From the human T2T-CHM13v2.0 reference genome, Homo sapiens: 64,000 bases of DNA. The stretch lies in the NCBI RefSeq assembly GCF_009914755.1, contig NC_060945.1; one strand, given 5' to 3'. Made by a program: the position numbers and the translations under genes. Below are positions 62,133-64,000 of this stretch, piece by piece. The notes beneath the pieces are model-generated. The model was not told the DNA's origin. It did not search any database and worked only from the letters and a program-made list of their open reading frames with translations. Position 1 is the first letter of the stretch, and every line of letters starts with the position of its first letter.

Positions 62133-62512
62133 TGATATGGTTTGGGTCTGTGTCCCCACCCAAATCTTACCTTGAATTATAATCTGAATTGTAATTCCCA
62201 CATGTTGAAGGAGGGAGCTAGTGGGAGATGATTGGATTATGGGGGCGGTTTCCACCATGCTGTACTCATGATAGTGAGTGAGTTCTCATGAGATCTGACG
62301 GTTTTATAAGTGGCAGTTTCCCCTGCGTGCTCCTCTCTTTCCTGCCACCGTGTAATACATACCTTGCTTCCCCTTCCCCTTCTGCCATGATTGTAAGTTT
62401 CCTGAGGCCTTTCCAGCCATGAGGAACTGTGAGTCAATTCAACCTCTTTTGTTTATAAATTACTCAGTCTCAGGTAGTATCTTTGTAGCACTGTGAGAAC
62501 GGACTAATATAC
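62133..62512 (+). mobile_element. MSTA/THE1D-type MaLR LTR
   Basis: tgatatggtttgggtctgtgtccccacccaaatct...gccatgattgtaagtttcctgaggcc...acggactaatataca. Confidence 0.88.
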
Positions 62513-62989
62513 AATGACTCAGAAAGAAAAAGACATCTTTTGACTTTGGAGGGATATATTTTTAGGGTGAGATGATATAAATGGGGATCTCACGGTACCA
62601 GGATAGTTGACCTCAGTTGACCAAAGAGCCTAAGCTGAAAAACAAAAATAGTAGCTTATTTTTAAAAATAGCTAATGCTATAGAGGAAAGCAGTAAGTAA
62701 CTTGGAGAAAAGGCAGAGAAAGCACAAACACGGTCAACATCTGGAGAAGCTTGAACCTCATATGGCAGATCATAATTGTAACACAATTGCTTATTTTATA
62801 CCCTGAAAATTTTCAGTTCTAAATGAAATCTTGCTGGGTAAGAATATTTTTCAATGACTATTTTAAAGAAAAGCAATTCTGCCAGTTTTGTGGTATATGG
62901 TTATTAAAGAGTTAAAGAGCAACAGTTAAGTCATATTGTTAATACTGTGGCATAGAAAATAATCTAATCATGTCCTTTGCCCATTTCTA

Positions 62990-63206
62990 AATTGGATTAA
63001 TTTTACTAATATATTTTATTTAACCCAATATATATAAATGTTTCATCATGTAATCAACATAAAATGTTAATGAGATTTTTACCTTTTTATTCATAAAGTC
63101 TTCAAAATTCAGGATGTATTTTATATTCGGAATGAAACTCAGTTTAAAGTGGTCACATTTCAAGTGCTCAAAACACAGATGTAGCTGTCATATTGAACAG
63201 CACACT
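62990..63206 (+). mobile_element. MER33-like hAT element
   Basis: aatatattttatttaacccaatatata...catgtaatcaacat...cacatttcaagtgctcaa...atattgaacagcac. Confidence 0.7.
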
Positions 63207-64000
63207 GCAGATAGTTCTCATTTCTAGCTGGGTGTTTGGCTTTGCAGAAGTCTGAGGTCCGTATGGTTTTTTTTCTCCTTGTAGGTGATTAGCTTTCTGA
63301 TACCTGAACAATTATTTTTCATTCTTACAATTCAAGAACTTAACAAAGATACATATCAAAGAGGTCCATACTTAATTTTCATGTTCATTCACTGTGCCAA
63401 TTGAGTTCTCATTTCAGGACTGTTACTTATTTTGTGATATATCTTTGTAATACTTTTCTTATTCCACTGTTGAGTTATTTTTTCTTCTGAGACATCAGTT
63501 AACATTTGTTGGGCTCTCTATTTTTGTCCTCCATATCTAGTAGTTTCTTTATGATTCTTTAAGCACCTCATGTTATTTGCATTACTGTAATTATCACAAT
63601 CTTTTTCTAAATGTAAGTATATTGATTTTGTTTTCTGCTCTTTTGATCTTATTTAACTTGTGTTTTTAGCTTGCTTAATTTTGATGACATTATTTTGGTT
63701 CTTATTTCCTGTTTCATACTACAGCATTCTTTATATTCTAATCTTTTTGCTCTCATTTTGTCAAATTCAAGTGGCTATTGTAAGCTTGTCCTATTACTCA
63801 AAGCTTTTTTGAAAATGTTCCTTCTTACTGCAGTCGAGTCATATAAATGAATAAACAACAAAAATATACAAGAGAATTTTTTTAAAAAGAAAACTAAAGA
63901 AAATGTTCCTTCTGTTTCTTGTTTGCTTTAGTTTTTTTTCCCTTAAGATTAGGTTGTTTATTTGGTATCTAGCTAATGTTGGTCTTGTAAAATAAAGTGG

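Noticed and set aside
63829-63839. 11-nt match (tgcagtcgagt) to the reverse complement of U1 snRNA
   Set aside because: Too short and the flanks do not extend the match. Likely chance.

Overview
Human (primate) euchromatic DNA, rich in repeats. The only protein-coding sequence I can support is one terminal exon at 13326-13506 (+), which the ORF track misses. It encodes KELIAKLDQAEKEKVDAAELVREFEALTEENRTLRLAQSQCVEQLEKLRIQYQKRQGSS*, a paralog of the TAK1/MAP3K7 C-terminal coiled coil that I recognise as MAP3K7CL (C21orf7, chr21). It follows about 13 kb of last intron and has a ~1 kb 3'UTR with three poly(A) signals. The rest is intergenic or lncRNA territory (from recall the gene order is MAP3K7CL, LINC00189, BACH1) and holds a processed GAPDH pseudogene at ~60.5-61.7 kb (probably GAPDHP14). 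Repeats include more than 20 Alus, old L1/L2/MIR fragments, solo LTRs (LTR9-like, LTR1-like, MER4, MER34, LTR33, THE1/MST/MLT) and DNA-transposon MITEs (MER85, MER53 x2, MER20 x2, MER5, MER3, MER58, MER33, MER91). All repeat family names are from memory of consensus sequences, not from a search. I found no new multi-gene system. The most unusual signals are: three short locally templated insertions, each copied in direct orientation from 0.5-2.6 kb to the right; a tailless 5S rRNA retropseudogene; two tiny TSD-flanked retro-insertions; a MER85 with an intact PGBD3-binding palindrome; a four-layer nested TE; and a 19-bp ETS-motif minisatellite.
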